A stretch of DNA of 64,000 nucleotides from Heterodontus francisci (taxonomy: Eukaryota), in NCBI RefSeq assembly GCF_036365525.1, contig NC_090389.1:78828179-78892178 (forward strand), in the 5' to 3' direction. Shown here piece by piece: positions 1 to 11,689 of the stretch; positions within the stretch are counted from its first letter, which is position 1, and each line of letters starts with the position of its first letter. A program made the translations under genes and the position numbers. The notes under the pieces were generated by a model. That model ran no database searches and was not told the origin of the DNA. It was given only the letters and a program-made list of their open reading frames with translations.

Positions 1-491
1 AACAGGGAACCCAGCCGTGTTTTTTGCTCAACCAATCAGATTGAAGAATCCTAATTGAGGCACGCAGAGTCTAAACCAGGATGTGTAAATTAGAATGTTA
101 AATTCAAGGTACAATCGTGCAGAAAGCAAAATAGAGAGGGTAATATGGAATTGAGAGAGAGATAAGAAGAAAAAGTGAAAAATATATTTTTTTAAATTGC
201 CAACAATAAAAAATCAGAAGGAATGCAGCTTCATTCTGAAAATACATTTTCAGCATCGGAGCGGTTGTCAATAATTAAGACTTACCACACCTTTTAAAAA
301 TTCACGTGCACTTGAATAGATAAGCCTTTGTTTTTTCTGGCATATTCAGTGAGTATCTAGTGGGTAAGTACCACAACTTCATGCCCTTTGAGTTTGAATG
401 TCTAGTCTTTCAGCAAGGTGTATCTATAGTGAAGCTTTGTGGATTTATTCATTTTCAATATTCATTTCCCTTAATTTGTTTGTCCCTTTAG

Positions 492-542
492 GTGCGGATT
501 GGCTTCGATGGGTTGGGAGGAAGAACCAAGTTTATTGAACCT
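492..542 (+). CDS. TRAIP: TRAIP (TRAF-interacting protein, RING E3 ligase) penultimate coding exon, VRIGFDGLGGRTKFIEP
   Basis: Acceptor ttgtccctttAG ends at 491; 17 codons closely match the human TRAIP segment recalled as VRTGFDGLGGRTKFIQP; donor GTATCCTTT at 543; phase 0 joins in frame to exon 1202. Confidence 0.93.
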
Positions 543-1201
543 GTATCCTTTGCTGGATTTAATAGTTCCTTGTGGGTGAAACAAAATAGATAGGCTGAGG
601 TGGGTCATGTTATGGAAATGGAAGTAGGCGGCTTTGTGGTGGAGAGGATAAGGGGTCAGAAACTTGGCTGAGAGTTGACTAGATCACTGAGATTGCAAAC
701 AGTCTAGTTCAGCCAGAGACAATGGCCAGGGAGGATGGAATCAGTTGTGAGGATACAGAGTTTTGGCTCATCTCGGACTGGATATTCAACAAGCAGTCTG
801 TCAACATAGAGACAGAGAGGTCAAGACAGGTGGTGGACCCTATATCTGCAGGTCATGTCTCCAAGGGGTAACATGTGGATAAGGAAGAGGAATGAGCCAA
901 GGCTAGATCCTTGGGAGAAGCCAGAGGTAACATTGTAGGGCTGTGAAGAGAAACTATTGCTGGATAAACTCTGGCTATTATTGGAAAAGTAAGAGTGGAT
1001 ATGTCCAGATATTTTTGGATTTGTATCAATGTTTAAATTTTCAGGATGTTTCTGTTCTAGCCATGAATTGTGAATCCAGAGCATTCAGTCTGTTGGTTGA
1101 CATAAAAGTTTCCATTTTATTTGAAAAATACAAGGAGGGAAATAGTGTGTTTTTTTAAATTTGCCTTTTTTAAAGATTTCCTTTAACATTACTTCCTTCA
1201 G
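543..1201 (+). other. TRAIP: U12-type (minor spliceosome) GT-AG intron, last intron of TRAIP
   Basis: 5' splice site GTATCCTTT is the U12 consensus; branch-point-like TTCCTTTAAC at 1178-1187, ~15 nt before the AG. Confidence 0.88.
570..1000 (-). mobile_element. Degenerate L2 LINE reverse-transcriptase fragment inside the U12 intron
   Basis: Minus ORF 821-1084 contains VTSGFSQGSSLGSFLFLIHMLPLGD, a decayed GVPQGSxLGPxLFxIYMLPLG RT motif typical of L2. Confidence 0.7.
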
Positions 1202-1318
1202 ACTAAAATGACTGAAATCCGGCCTCTGCCATTGAAGGCAAAGAGGAAGAAAGTGTCACGAACAACTGTCAATACCTCCATCTGCAACCAGCCCAAACTG
1301 GAGAACTTCCTTATTTGA
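1202..1318 (+). CDS. TRAIP: TRAIP terminal coding exon, TKMTEIRPLPLKAKRKKVSRTTVNTSICNQPKLENFLI*
   Basis: Acceptor cttccttcAG at 1200-1201; IRPLP + basic tract + C-terminal QPKLENFL matches the human TRAIP end (IRPLPVKPK...QAKLDTFLWS, PIP box); stop TGA 1316-1318. Confidence 0.93.
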   Translation, partial: TKMTEIRPLPLKAKRKKVSRTTVNTSICNQPKLENFLI

Positions 1319-1641
1319 ATCCAACCTGATTTCTGAACTTCAGGAATGGAGTGCAATTTTGAACTGAATGCCAAGACTGCAGTAGTATGTTAATACCAAT
1401 GACTGAACCCATCCTGGAAGAGTGCAGCTGGCCTGCACCATGTGACATAGCAGGAACCAAACATACTACAAGGTTGTCAATGTGACAAGTGATCAAAGTA
1501 AACGGTCCCATGAGCAGAAAGCCTTTTTCTTCTTCACTGCAATTAAATTGTTTCAACAGCAGGCCGTCATTGGTGTTAACCCTCGTCCTTGAAAGCTTAA
1601 ATCACATGGCATTCCAAAGAGAAGGAAGCACCATGATATTA

Positions 1642-1647
1642 AATAAA
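1642..1647 (+). terminator. Candidate polyadenylation signal of TRAIP
   Basis: AATAAA ~320 nt after the stop, followed by GT-rich tgttgggtgggtgg. Confidence 0.55.
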
Positions 1648-4600
1648 ACTACTGTTGGGTGGGTGGAGGACAGTGAAAGGATGAAACAACTTTGAATGAA
1701 ATTAACTCTTGTATTGTGAATAATGGCAGATATCTCTTTGGCTTTTCATCATCAACCTGAGATAGAAGTACTGGGAATTACAACATATCATTCACCCAGC
1801 ATTAAACACCCCAAGTCAACTGTAGCTTGGGTTAGGTGCAGAGTAAATCTCTGCTCTGCCATACGTACGTCACCTACTCCACCAGAGTGATATTTTTCTA
1901 TTTCCTACAGCAAGTGTCCTTCGCTGAATGGGATTGTCATTTTAATACCAAATTAGGCTGGTTTTATGGTTGGGATTTAAGAGCTTACACAGTCCAAACC
2001 TCTATTTTTCTTTTAAGTTGCTTTCGTATATCTATGAGCCAGCCCCAACCCATTTCATATTAAGCCCAGGCTGTTAACAGAGGAGACTTTCATCCCAAAG
2101 GTTTAGGCTGGATTTGATGTTAATCTAGTCCCAGGGTTTAGCTTGCAATCATTTCAGCTAAGGGTTTTATTTTATGATGTGGTGTTCTCTCAACTCGTGG
2201 ACTGGATTAACCTGTCTGTTCGGTTCACTCATGGAACTGGCCTGATTGACTGGAATGTACAAGTGTCTCCTCAATACAGATGCCAGTACAGCACTGAGTA
2301 TTAAAAAAGTTCAGGGCTTGGTACCCTCAAACTGGACTCTTCGAATTCCTGTCACTAGCTATTAAGTTTCAGCACAATTTTGAATACAATTAATTATTTT
2401 ATAACTGTACAAATACTTGCAACATTTCCACAGTGCTGTAAAGTTGACTTACTTTGAATATCAGCATAAAGTCTAGGGATCGTCGCCACATCGGTCACCA
2501 TAGGACTCCTTGCTAGCACAGAAATTTGAATTGTTTGATTTTTTTTAAGATCGCAGTGCTACAGCAGAAGCACTCAGCTCTTGTGATTCACTGAGGTATC
2601 CACTATCCCGTCCTGATTATGGGTCTTATTGCCATTTGCCTGTAAGCTGATCAGTACCATTTCTCTGTACTATAGCAGATGCTTAATGCACACATTGATC
2701 TCTCAGTTTTGTTCTTAAAGTCCTATAGCAAAGTCAAATCATTTTTGCAGAGGGTGCCTCTTATAATCTACAAACGATCCTAATTTGTACATTTTTGTTT
2801 TTTTTTCCTGTTCTATTTCCTTTATAATGGCTGATGGCATTGAGAGAATGGGCTGAAGTTGGCTGCTAAGCCTCACCTCATGGCCCACAGAGTTTGAGCA
2901 AACATGGTTGAAGAAAGCCAGTAACTCCAGGGAGGTTCAACAGTCTTCCAATTCTAATTGTGTTTGTTAATTCAACTTCCCTGCCCTATGGGGCTCAGGA
3001 ATTCTTCCAGTCAACCTTTGAATGCTCAGTGCTTATAAAACAATGTAAAAATTGATTATAATTCTTGTCAGTTTTTAATTTTAGTACAGGTGCTGTTGTG
3101 CTCTTAAAAGAGTGGCCCCTAATAATGAGAGTGCTTTTTAAAAGTCTCAGTTGACTTAAGTCCTTCAATTAAGGTTGAAACCTTCTGGTTGATGTAAACT
3201 TAGGACAATACTAAATATTTTAAAAACCCTGTATAAGTACAGCACTTATTCAAAAACTAATTGGAAAATAAGAATGTTACCTGCTTATTAACTATGAATT
3301 GTTTTCCTAAATCTTCCATTAATATCGCAATGGGAAATCAGAGATCATTTGTCAATCCCATTGGAAAAACAATGAGAGCATCACTTTACTAATGTTTTTA
3401 GTTGGTTTGAAACTGAATTTTATTCTATAATTATTGCTAGATTTTGATGAGATTTTCCACTTAGATTTTACATTGTACCCTCATCAAAATAGGATACACT
3501 TTTTTAAAACAAGCTTTACTTCTGTATGGGATTGCTGTGAGTACTCAGCTGGTTTCTCCTTGTTCTGGTTTGGTTGGGGTGACAAATGTGTCTGTCAGCA
3601 GTACATCCCATTGGCCAAGCTGCAGGTGAGCAGACAAATGAGCACCACCAATGTCCATGGTGGAAATCAAAAAAATTCTATCTGTTTCTTCAGTGTTTCC
3701 TTAGGAGCATAGAATGAGACAGCACAGAGGAAGCCATTCAGCCCATCATGCCTGTGCCAGACACTATATTGTTTGTTTCTAAATGGCTAGTAAAATAAAT
3801 GATCATATAGGGTGTCGCACATCAAAGAGCAATACCCTTCAGTTCCTTATCTCTGAGTAACTTTTTTTTAAGGTTTTACCAGTCAGCATTTTAACAATTC
3901 AGTCCTCAAATCCAGAGCTAGTTTGGCCAGAAAGGTTGGACTTTGATCAAGATTTCTTTAGATTGAGAGATTAAATGAGGTGAGATACAAAGATTAGTTT
4001 GTTTGGATTACCTGAAAGCAGATTTTATAATCTGTAAAGAAATGATTAATATCTGTTGCTGTTGCCCATTGAATCTTGGCAGTAGATCGATTTTTTTTTT
4101 TAATTTTGCTGAGCGAAACATCCCTATGTTTTTTATTTTGAATCTGAATTGTGCTTGGGTTGGGTCTATGCAGTTATTGGACTTGGGATTGACAGTAATT
4201 ACAGATCGAGTTGGATGGCTTTGGCTAAATTTCTCTCCTGTTAGTGATGCATTTTGTTTTGAGTGTGATGAATTTTCTGGTATGATACGCACTGGGTATT
4301 TGCCCCAAGCCCTTTATGTAAAACAGCTTTCCAGAGTCATTTTCAGCCCGATTCATCCGGAATTGGATGCTTATTGCTTGATTTCAGAAATAGATGAACC
4401 AAGGAATCTTGTAATAGCTGGGTGTGGTACATGTTTGCAAACATGGGCCATTGATACAAGACAGTGCACTCATGGTCAAACAAACAGAACCAGACTCTAT
4501 TCTAAAGATTTTTTTTGCATATAAATAATCTGTAGAGAAGCAGAACCAAGACATTTAGTCACTAATGTTAGGTGCAAATAACAGCTTGTGCTGATTATTC

Positions 4601-5279
4601 AAAACTGAGTAAAAAAACTTTTGTTGGATTGAGTTTGTTATTTAAAAAGGATTACAATTTCTGAGCTATAATTAATAAATGATTGCTTGGAATAGGGTGG
4701 GTTATAGAAGTGACCGTATGAAATAATTGTGGCCTTTAGCTTCTGGTGTTGTAGTGCAGTCCACTGACTTGAACTCAGGTGGCTGTTACCAAGGCCTTGC
4801 ACCATTGTCAACATGTATTAGTTTTTGACACGCGCTTGTACTTCCAGCAGTTCCCAAGTGTTCTCTAGTTTTGTGATCCTTTTCTGGAGACTATAATGAA
4901 TCTTTTTGGTTCATTCCAATGATGAATCTGGTCTATGTACAATTACTAGTTAAAAAGCTGAATGATATATGTTTTATCTTTCTTGAACATGGAAGAATTG
5001 GGTTATTTATGTATGTTGTAAAGTACCTGAGACCATTAAATGTTTTGGCATGAAAATGTTTTCTTTCTCTTATTTTCCCTTCAAGTGAACAGTTTGAGCA
5101 TCCAGACCACTAACTTTCACAATTATTGTGCTGGATGTTTATTATGGAATCAAATCTAATAATAGCTCATCCAGTGATTGTGGCAAAGCTTTCACAATCC
5201 AAGAATTCAGATCCTGTCCCTTAAATCCACCCTGTGAGTCAGGATAGATCCTGCGGGGTCAACTTGGAAGTCATCTAAA

Positions 5280-5590
5280 CAACAGCAACCACCTTTTAAT
5301 ATACTTTTTAAAAAATCCCAAGGCACTTCACAGGAGTGTTATCAAACAAAATTTGACACCGAGCCATACAAGAAGATATTAGGACAAATAACCAAAAGCT
5401 TAGTCATAGGTAGGTGTTGAAGAATGGAAGGTGAGAGGGAATTCCAGAGCTTAGGGCCTTGGCAACTGAAGGCATGGCTGCCAATGGTGGAACGATTAAA
5501 ATTGGGTTTGCACAAGAGGCCAGAATTGGAGTGCAGATGTCTGAGGGTTATATGGCTGGAGGACATTACAGAGATAGGGAGGGGTGAGGC
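5280..5590 (-). mobile_element. L2-type LINE 3' end fragment
   Basis: Translation RSTIGSHAFSCQGPKLWNSL is the L2 ORF2 C-terminal pattern; similar to 5700-5990, 6800-7100 and 21340-21620. Confidence 0.7.
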
Positions 5591-5699
5591 CATTTGAAAA
5601 TGACTTGAGTTGTGTTTATAGCATCTGAAATAGCTATTTGTCATGCTATACTTATAACCTCCTGCTGTTTAGAAGGGTTTTATTTTTAACCTCTCCCCT

Positions 5700-5990
5700 T
5701 GCCACCCACCATTCTCCAGCTGCATTCTGGCTTCTTGTGCATCCCTGATTTTAATCGCTCCACCATTGCTGGCTGTGCCTTCAGCTACCTAACCCCTAAA
5801 TTCTGGTATTGCCTTCCTAAACCACTCAACTTCTCTACCAATCCTTTTAAGACGCTCCTTAAAACCTACCTCTGCCTAAGCTTTTGGTCATCTTTCCTAT
5901 ATAACTTCTTATGTGGCTCCTTGTCAAACTGTTTGATAACGCTCCTCTGAAGTGCCTTTTACTACGTTAAAAGTATATCAGTGGAAGCTG
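5700..5990 (+). mobile_element. L2-type LINE 3' end fragment
   Basis: RSTIAGCAFSYLTPKFWYCLP...FKTLLKTYL; reverse-complement relative of 5280-5590. Confidence 0.7.
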
Positions 5991-6799
5991 TTGCACATCA
6001 GGTGTTAAGATCTATGCAAATATTAATTAGGAACTGGCTGCCAGGAGTTGCATCAGTTCCAACTCTCTACTGTGTTCCTAACATCATAACTGACCCCAGA
6101 AACTCAGTGGGAGGGAACTGTGGTATGTTGGATAAAGCTTCCTCTGAAAGGTACCTGAGCCCCAGGTTCTGATCAGCATCCCTCCTGCAGTAGAGTGATA
6201 TCCCTCTTCACGGGTTAGCTAATCCTGGGAATGAGATTGCCAACTGTTGCTGAGTTCTGGAACTGCATGAAGGGTTGGGACCAGCAACAATTGGGAGGAT
6301 ATTTTCATCCAATAGCATTTTAAAATGAAGACAGAAAAATAATTAATTAGCACCATCCAGCCCTGTGCTTTGACATATTCCAAACAGGAATTTTCACAAC
6401 AGTATCTCCAGATGAGAAAAGTATCTAGCCCACCTGAGCATATTTGTCAAAAAAAAAATCCTATAGTTTCCGAGCATCGAAAAATGATTCCAAGTTACGT
6501 GCCTCCACTATTCAGAAATCAATTCCGTATGTTCATCGCTGTGTAAAGAACTTTTCTTCTGAGCCTGTGACCACCCCCTTCCTATCCCACAGCCTTTGTT
6601 CAACTTGAATTAGTGTTCAGGAATTATCTATTCTATACTATTAACTATCTCTATTCCTCTATATTACCCTTGTGTCAAAGCTCACCACCTCCTTCCTCTC
6701 CTCATACCACAAGCCACACTAAAGAACAGGCTGTTGCCCCTTTTCTGCACTGTGTTCAGGCTCAGTTAGCTGTCCAAACCTGAGTACAGTACTGCAGGT

Positions 6800-7100
6800 G
6801 TAACAACAACTTGCATTTATATAGTGTCTCAGCACAAACCCAAGGCACTTGAGACAAATGGGGATATTACAACAGGTAGAGAGAGAGGTTTTGTGGGAGT
6901 GTCTTAAAGGATTAGGGAGGGAATTCGAGTTTAGGGCCTAGACAAGTGAAGGCAAAGCCATCAGTGATGGGAGTGAAGAAAACTGGGGGTGCACAAGGCC
7001 TGAATTGGAGGAATACAAAGTTCTCAGGGATGTACAGCTGGAGGAGGTTATGGCGATGGCAAGGCCATGGAAGGAATTTGAATACAAGGATGAGAATTTT
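6800..7100 (-). mobile_element. L2-type LINE 3' end fragment
   Basis: Starts aacaacaacttgcatttatatag (reverse of the family tail) and shares gagggaattc..ttagggcct with 5436-5460. Confidence 0.6.
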
Positions 7101-7348
7101 AAATCCAAGTTGTACAGTACAGTGTCAACAGAGCCCTACACAATTCAACATGGCACCCTTTTCAAACTCTACTACTGAACCATCCCTTGTAGTTTTTTGT
7201 AGATATATTCCTCAAAATTTACTCTTACTTAGAAACTGGCAGACATATTTTGTACCAGAATATATGAGGAGTTACCAACTTGGAGTTCTACCCAATATAT
7301 TTGTGCATCTCCCAGCTGCCATGGAAATATATTAAACCTCAACTATTG

Positions 7349-8005
7349 GAGAGAGAAGCAGAGTTAGGGTTTCAGGTCAGTGACCTTTCAGCAGAACTGG
7401 CAAAGGTTAGAAATGTAATAGGTTTTAAGCAAATAAAGCGAGGGTGGGGCAAAAGATAAATAGAAAGCAATGAAGGTGAATAAGGTAAAAAAAAACAAAC
7501 GAAAATCCTGTCAGAGAGAAGAGCAGAACTTCTTCAAAGTAGGGATTCCTGGAAGGGAAGTGGCAGTGAATTAAACACTAAAATAAAAGCAAAATACTGC
7601 AGATGCTGGAAATCTGAAATAAAAACAGAAAATGCTGGAAATACTCAGCAGGTCTGGCACCATTTGTGCAGAGAGAAGCAGAGTTAACGTTTCAGGTCCA
7701 TGACTTTTAATTCACTGCCATTTCTCTTCCAGGAATGCCTACCTTGAAGTTCTGCTCTTCTCTCCGATGGGATTTTTGTTTGCCTCTTTTACCTTGTTAA
7801 CCTCATTGCTCTCTATTAATCTTTTACCCCACTCCTTTATTTGCTTAAAACCTATTACATTTCTAACCTTTGCCAGTTCTGATGAAAGGTCACTGACCTG
7901 AAACGTTAACTCTGCTTCTCTCTCAAGATGCTGCCTGACCTGCTGAGTGTTTCCAGCATTTTTTGTTTTTATTTCAGATTTCCAGCATCTGCAGTATTTT
8001 GCTTT
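7349..8005. mobile_element. Non-autonomous Penelope-derived / retrozyme-like element: ~1.1 monomers on minus (7349-7704) plus an inverted ~0.95 monomer on plus (7707-8005)
   Basis: gagagaagcagagtt recurs at 7351 and 7671 (320-bp period); 7707-8005 is the reverse complement of the same unit; its 3' part matches the terminal repeat of the GIY-YIG fragment at 22160-22325; flanked by direct repeat TATTAAACCTCAACT (7330-7344, 8006-8020). Confidence 0.8.
7875..7911 (+). ncRNA. Minimal type I hammerhead ribozyme motif
   Basis: AGTT-CTGATGA-A-AGGTC act GACCT-GAAA-CGTT-AACT: conserved CUGAUGA and GAAA boxes, 5-bp helix II, helix I AGTT/AACT, palindromic ACGT in place of helix III, as established for Penelope minimal HHRs. 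Confidence 0.75.
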
Positions 8006-8039
8006 TATTAAACCTCAACTTTAAACCTTACCCAAATCA

Positions 8040-11000
8040 ATGACTCTCTGAAGACCACCATCATTAACAACGAGCTCAGTAGACTCAATGTGGACATTGC
8101 AGTACTTCAAGAGACACGCCTCCCTGCGAGCGGATCTCTGAGAGCAAGACTACACCTACTGGCAGGGTAGGGATCCTGAAGAACCAAGGGACAGCATGGA
8201 GTGGGCTTCACCAACAGAAACTCTTTGCTCAGCATGATAGAGCCACCTTCAAATGGCTCGGAACGCATACTGTTCATCCGACTGCTCACCACCTCTGGCA
8301 CAGTACACATACTCAGCATCCATGCTCCAACACTCTGCTCCTCACATCAAGTCAAAGACCAGTTGTATGAGGAACTCCATAATATCATTAGTAGCATTCC
8401 AAATACCGAACATTTGTTCCTGCTGGGGGACTTTAACGCCAGGGTTGGGGCCGACCATGATTCATGGCCATCCTGCCTTGGGCGCTATGACATTGGAAGG
8501 ATGAATGAGAATGGACAGAGACTGCTGGAGTTGTGTACCTATCACAACCTCTGCATCACCAACTCGTTCTTTCATACTTAACCCTGTCACCAGGTTTCAT
8601 GGAGACACCCAAGATCACGTCGTTGGCACCAGCTGGACCTCATCGTCACAAGGCGAGCCCAAATAAACAGTGTCCAAATCACACGCAGCTTTCACAGTGC
8701 GGACTGCGACACCGACCACTCCCTGGTGTGCAGCAAAGTTAGACTCAAACCAAAGAAGCTGCATCACTCCAAGCAGAAGAGCTGCCCGCACATCAACACT
8801 AACAGAATTTCTTATCCACAGCTGTTACATAAGTTTTTAATTTCACTTGACAAAGCCCTTCAAAGCACTCCTACAGGGGATGCAGAGACAAAGTGGGCCC
8901 ACACCAGAGATGCCATCTATGACTCAGCAATGACCACCTTTGGCAAACCGTGAGAAGCAGAATGCAGACTGGTTTCAATCTCACTTTGAAGAGCTGGAAC
9001 CTGTCATAGCCGCTAAGCGCAATGCACTGTTGAACTACAAGAAAGCCCCCAGCGAGTTAACATCCGTAGCACTTAAAGTAGCCAGAAGCGCTGCACAAAG
9101 AACAGACAGGCGCTGCGCAAATGACTACTACCAACACCAATGCAGTCGTATTCAGCTGGTCTCCAACACCGGAAACATCAGAGGAATGTATGATGGCATT
9201 AAGAGAGCTTTTGGGCCAACCATCAAGAAGATCGCCCCCCTCAAATCTAAATCAGGGGACATAATCACTGACCAACGCAAGCAAATGGACCGCTGGGTGA
9301 AGTACTATCTAGAACTGTACTCCAGGGAAAATGTTGTCAATGATACCGCCCTCAATGCAGCCCAGTCTCTGCCAGTCATGGATGAGCTGGACGAACAGCC
9401 AACAAAATCGGAACTCAGTGATGCCATTGATTCTCTAGCCAGTGGAAAAGCCCCTGGGAAGGACAGCATTACCCCTGAAATAATCAAGAGTGCCAAGCCT
9501 GCTATACTCTCAGCACTCCATGAACTCCATTAAAGGGCGGCACAGTGGCGCAGTGGTTAGCACTGCAGCCTCACAGCTCCAGGGACCCGGGTTCGATTCT
9601 GGGTACTGCCTGTGTGGAGTTTGCAAGTTCTCCCTGTGTCTGCGTGGGTTTTCTCCGGATGCTCCGGTTTCCTCCCACAAGCCAAAAGACTTGCAGGTTG
9701 GTAGGTAAATTGACCATTATAAATTGTCACTAGTATAGGTAGGTGGTAGGGAAATATAGGAACAGGTGGCGATGTTTGGTAGGAATATGGGATTAGTGTA
9801 GGATTAGTATAAATGGGTGGTTGATGGTCGGCACAGACTCGGTGGGCCGAAGGGCCTGTTTCAGTGCTGTATCTCTAATCTAATCTAAACTGCTTTGCCT
9901 GTGCTGGGATGAGGGAGCAGTACCACAGGACATGCGCGATGCCAATATCATCACCCTCTATAAGAACAAGGGTGACCACGGTGACTGCAACAATTACTGT
10001 GGAATCTCCCTGCTCAGCATAGTGGGGAAAGTCTTCGCTCGAGTCATTTTAAACAGACTCCTGAAGCATGTCTACCCTGAGGCACAGTGTGGCTTTCGAG
10101 CAGAGAGATCCACCATTGACATGCTGTTCTCCCTTCGCCAGCTACAGGAGAAATGCTGCGAACAACAGATGCCCCTCTACGTTGCTTTCATTGATCTCAC
10201 CAAAGCCTTTGACCTCGTCAGCAGACGTGGTCTATTCAGACTACTAGAAAAGATCGGATGTCCATCAAAGCTACTAAGTATCATCACCTCATTCCATGAC
10301 AATATGAAAGGCACAATTCAGCATAGCGGCATCTCATCAGACCCCTTTCCTATCCTGAGTGGCGTGAAACAGGGCTGTGTTCTCGCACCTACACTGTTTG
10401 GGATTTTCTTCTCCCTGCTGCTCTCACATGCGTTCAAGTCTTCAGAAGAAGGAATTTTTCTCCACACGAGATCAGATGGCAGGTTGTTCAACCTTGCCCG
10501 TCTAAAGGCGAAGACCAAAGTATAGAAAGTCCTCATCAGGGAACTCCTCTTTGCTGACGATGCTGCATTAACATCCCACACTGAAGACTATCTGCAGAGA
10601 CTCATCGACAGGATTGCGGCTGCCTGCAACGAATTTGGCCTAACCATCAGCCTCAAGAAAATGAACATCATGGGACAGGACATCAGAAATGCTCCATCCA
10701 TCAATATCGGCGACCACGCTCTGGAAGTGGTTCCAGAGTTCACCTACCTAGGCTCAACTATTACCAGTAACCTGTCACTTGTTGCAGAAATCAACAAGCG
10801 CATGGGAAAGGCTTCCACTGCTATGTCCAGAATGGCCAAGAGTGTGGGAAAATGGCACACTGACACGGAACACAAAAGTCCGAGTGTTTCAAGCCTTTGC
10901 CCTCAGTACCTTGCTCTACGGCAGCGAGGCCCGGACAGTGTATGTCAGCCAAGAGCGACGTCTCAATACATTCCATCTTCACTGCCTCCGGAAAATCCTT

Positions 11001-11537
11001 GGCATCAGGTGGCAGGACCGTATCTCCAACGCAGATGTCCTCGAGGTGGCCAACATCTCCAACATATACACCCTACTGAGCCAGCGAGTGCTTGAGATGG
11101 CTTGGCCATCCCCATGGAAGATGACAGGATCCCCAAGGACACATTGTACAGCGAGCTGGTCACTGGTATCAGACCCACTGGCTGTCCACGTCTCCGCTTT
11201 AAAAACGTCTGCAAACGCGACATGAAGTCCTGTGACATTGATCACAAGTCGTGGGAGTCAGTTGCCAGCGATCGCCAGAGCTGGCGGACAGCCATAAAGG
11301 CGGGGCTAAAGAGTGGTGAGTCCAAGAGACCTTGCAGTTGGCAGGAAAAAAGTGCAAGGAGAGAGCCAACTGTGTAACAGCCCCGACAAACAATTTTATC
11401 TGCAGCACCTGTGGAAGAGTCTATCACTCTAGAATTGGCCTTTCTAGCCACTCCAGGCGCTGCTCCACAAACCACTGACCACCTCCAGGCACTTACCCAT
11501 TGTCTCTCGAGACAAGGAGGCCAAAGAAGAAGAAGAA
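8040..11537 (+). mobile_element. 5'-truncated RTE-clade LINE (AP endonuclease + RT), frameshifted, interrupted by a SINE
   Basis: IHAPT..LLGDFNARVG..NENGQRLLELC (EN); KNKGD..GISLLS, QCGFR, FIDLTKAFD, GVKQGCVLAPTLF, LFADD (RT); C-terminal CxxC..H..C; (GAA)n tail 11526-11537. Confidence 0.93.
9535..9887 (+). mobile_element. tRNA-derived V-SINE (HE1-like) inserted in the RTE
   Basis: A box TGGCGCAGTGG, B box GGTTCGATTC, V-domain tgtgtggagtttgca..ttctccctgtgtctgcgtgggttt..ctccggtttcctcccac, CR1-like tail gggccgaagggcctgtttc.gtgctgta, (CTAAT)n; the uninterrupted site catgaactgctttg is seen at 25746. Confidence 0.93.
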
Positions 11538-11689
11538 AGCTCAACTATTGTTCGTTTCGCACAAAAGGTGCTGCTGTTCTAGGAAATAAGTCATTGGGGG
11601 AAGTCACCAAACAATAAATGAGGCATTTTCTTACAGGGAGAGATCTATGAGAGTTATTTTGCATATCTCAGTGGGGTCGGCATTGGCAG

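Noticed and set aside
1208-1318. ATG-initiated MTEIRPLPLKAKRKKVS as a UBA1-like NLS first exon
   Set aside because: It ends in a stop without a donor and is explained as the TRAIP C-terminus, in frame with exon 492-542.
4003-4524. 173-aa ORF
   Set aside because: Non-ATG start, no recognisable motif, contains homopolymer T runs; likely chance.
5280-5990. Long inverted repeat as a structured RNA
   Set aside because: Two diverged, oppositely oriented L2 3' ends; no evidence of transcription or compensatory pairing.
9535-9605. tRNA gene
   Set aside because: The A and B boxes are the head of a V-SINE continuing into body and LINE-derived tail; the same holds for 16510-16579.
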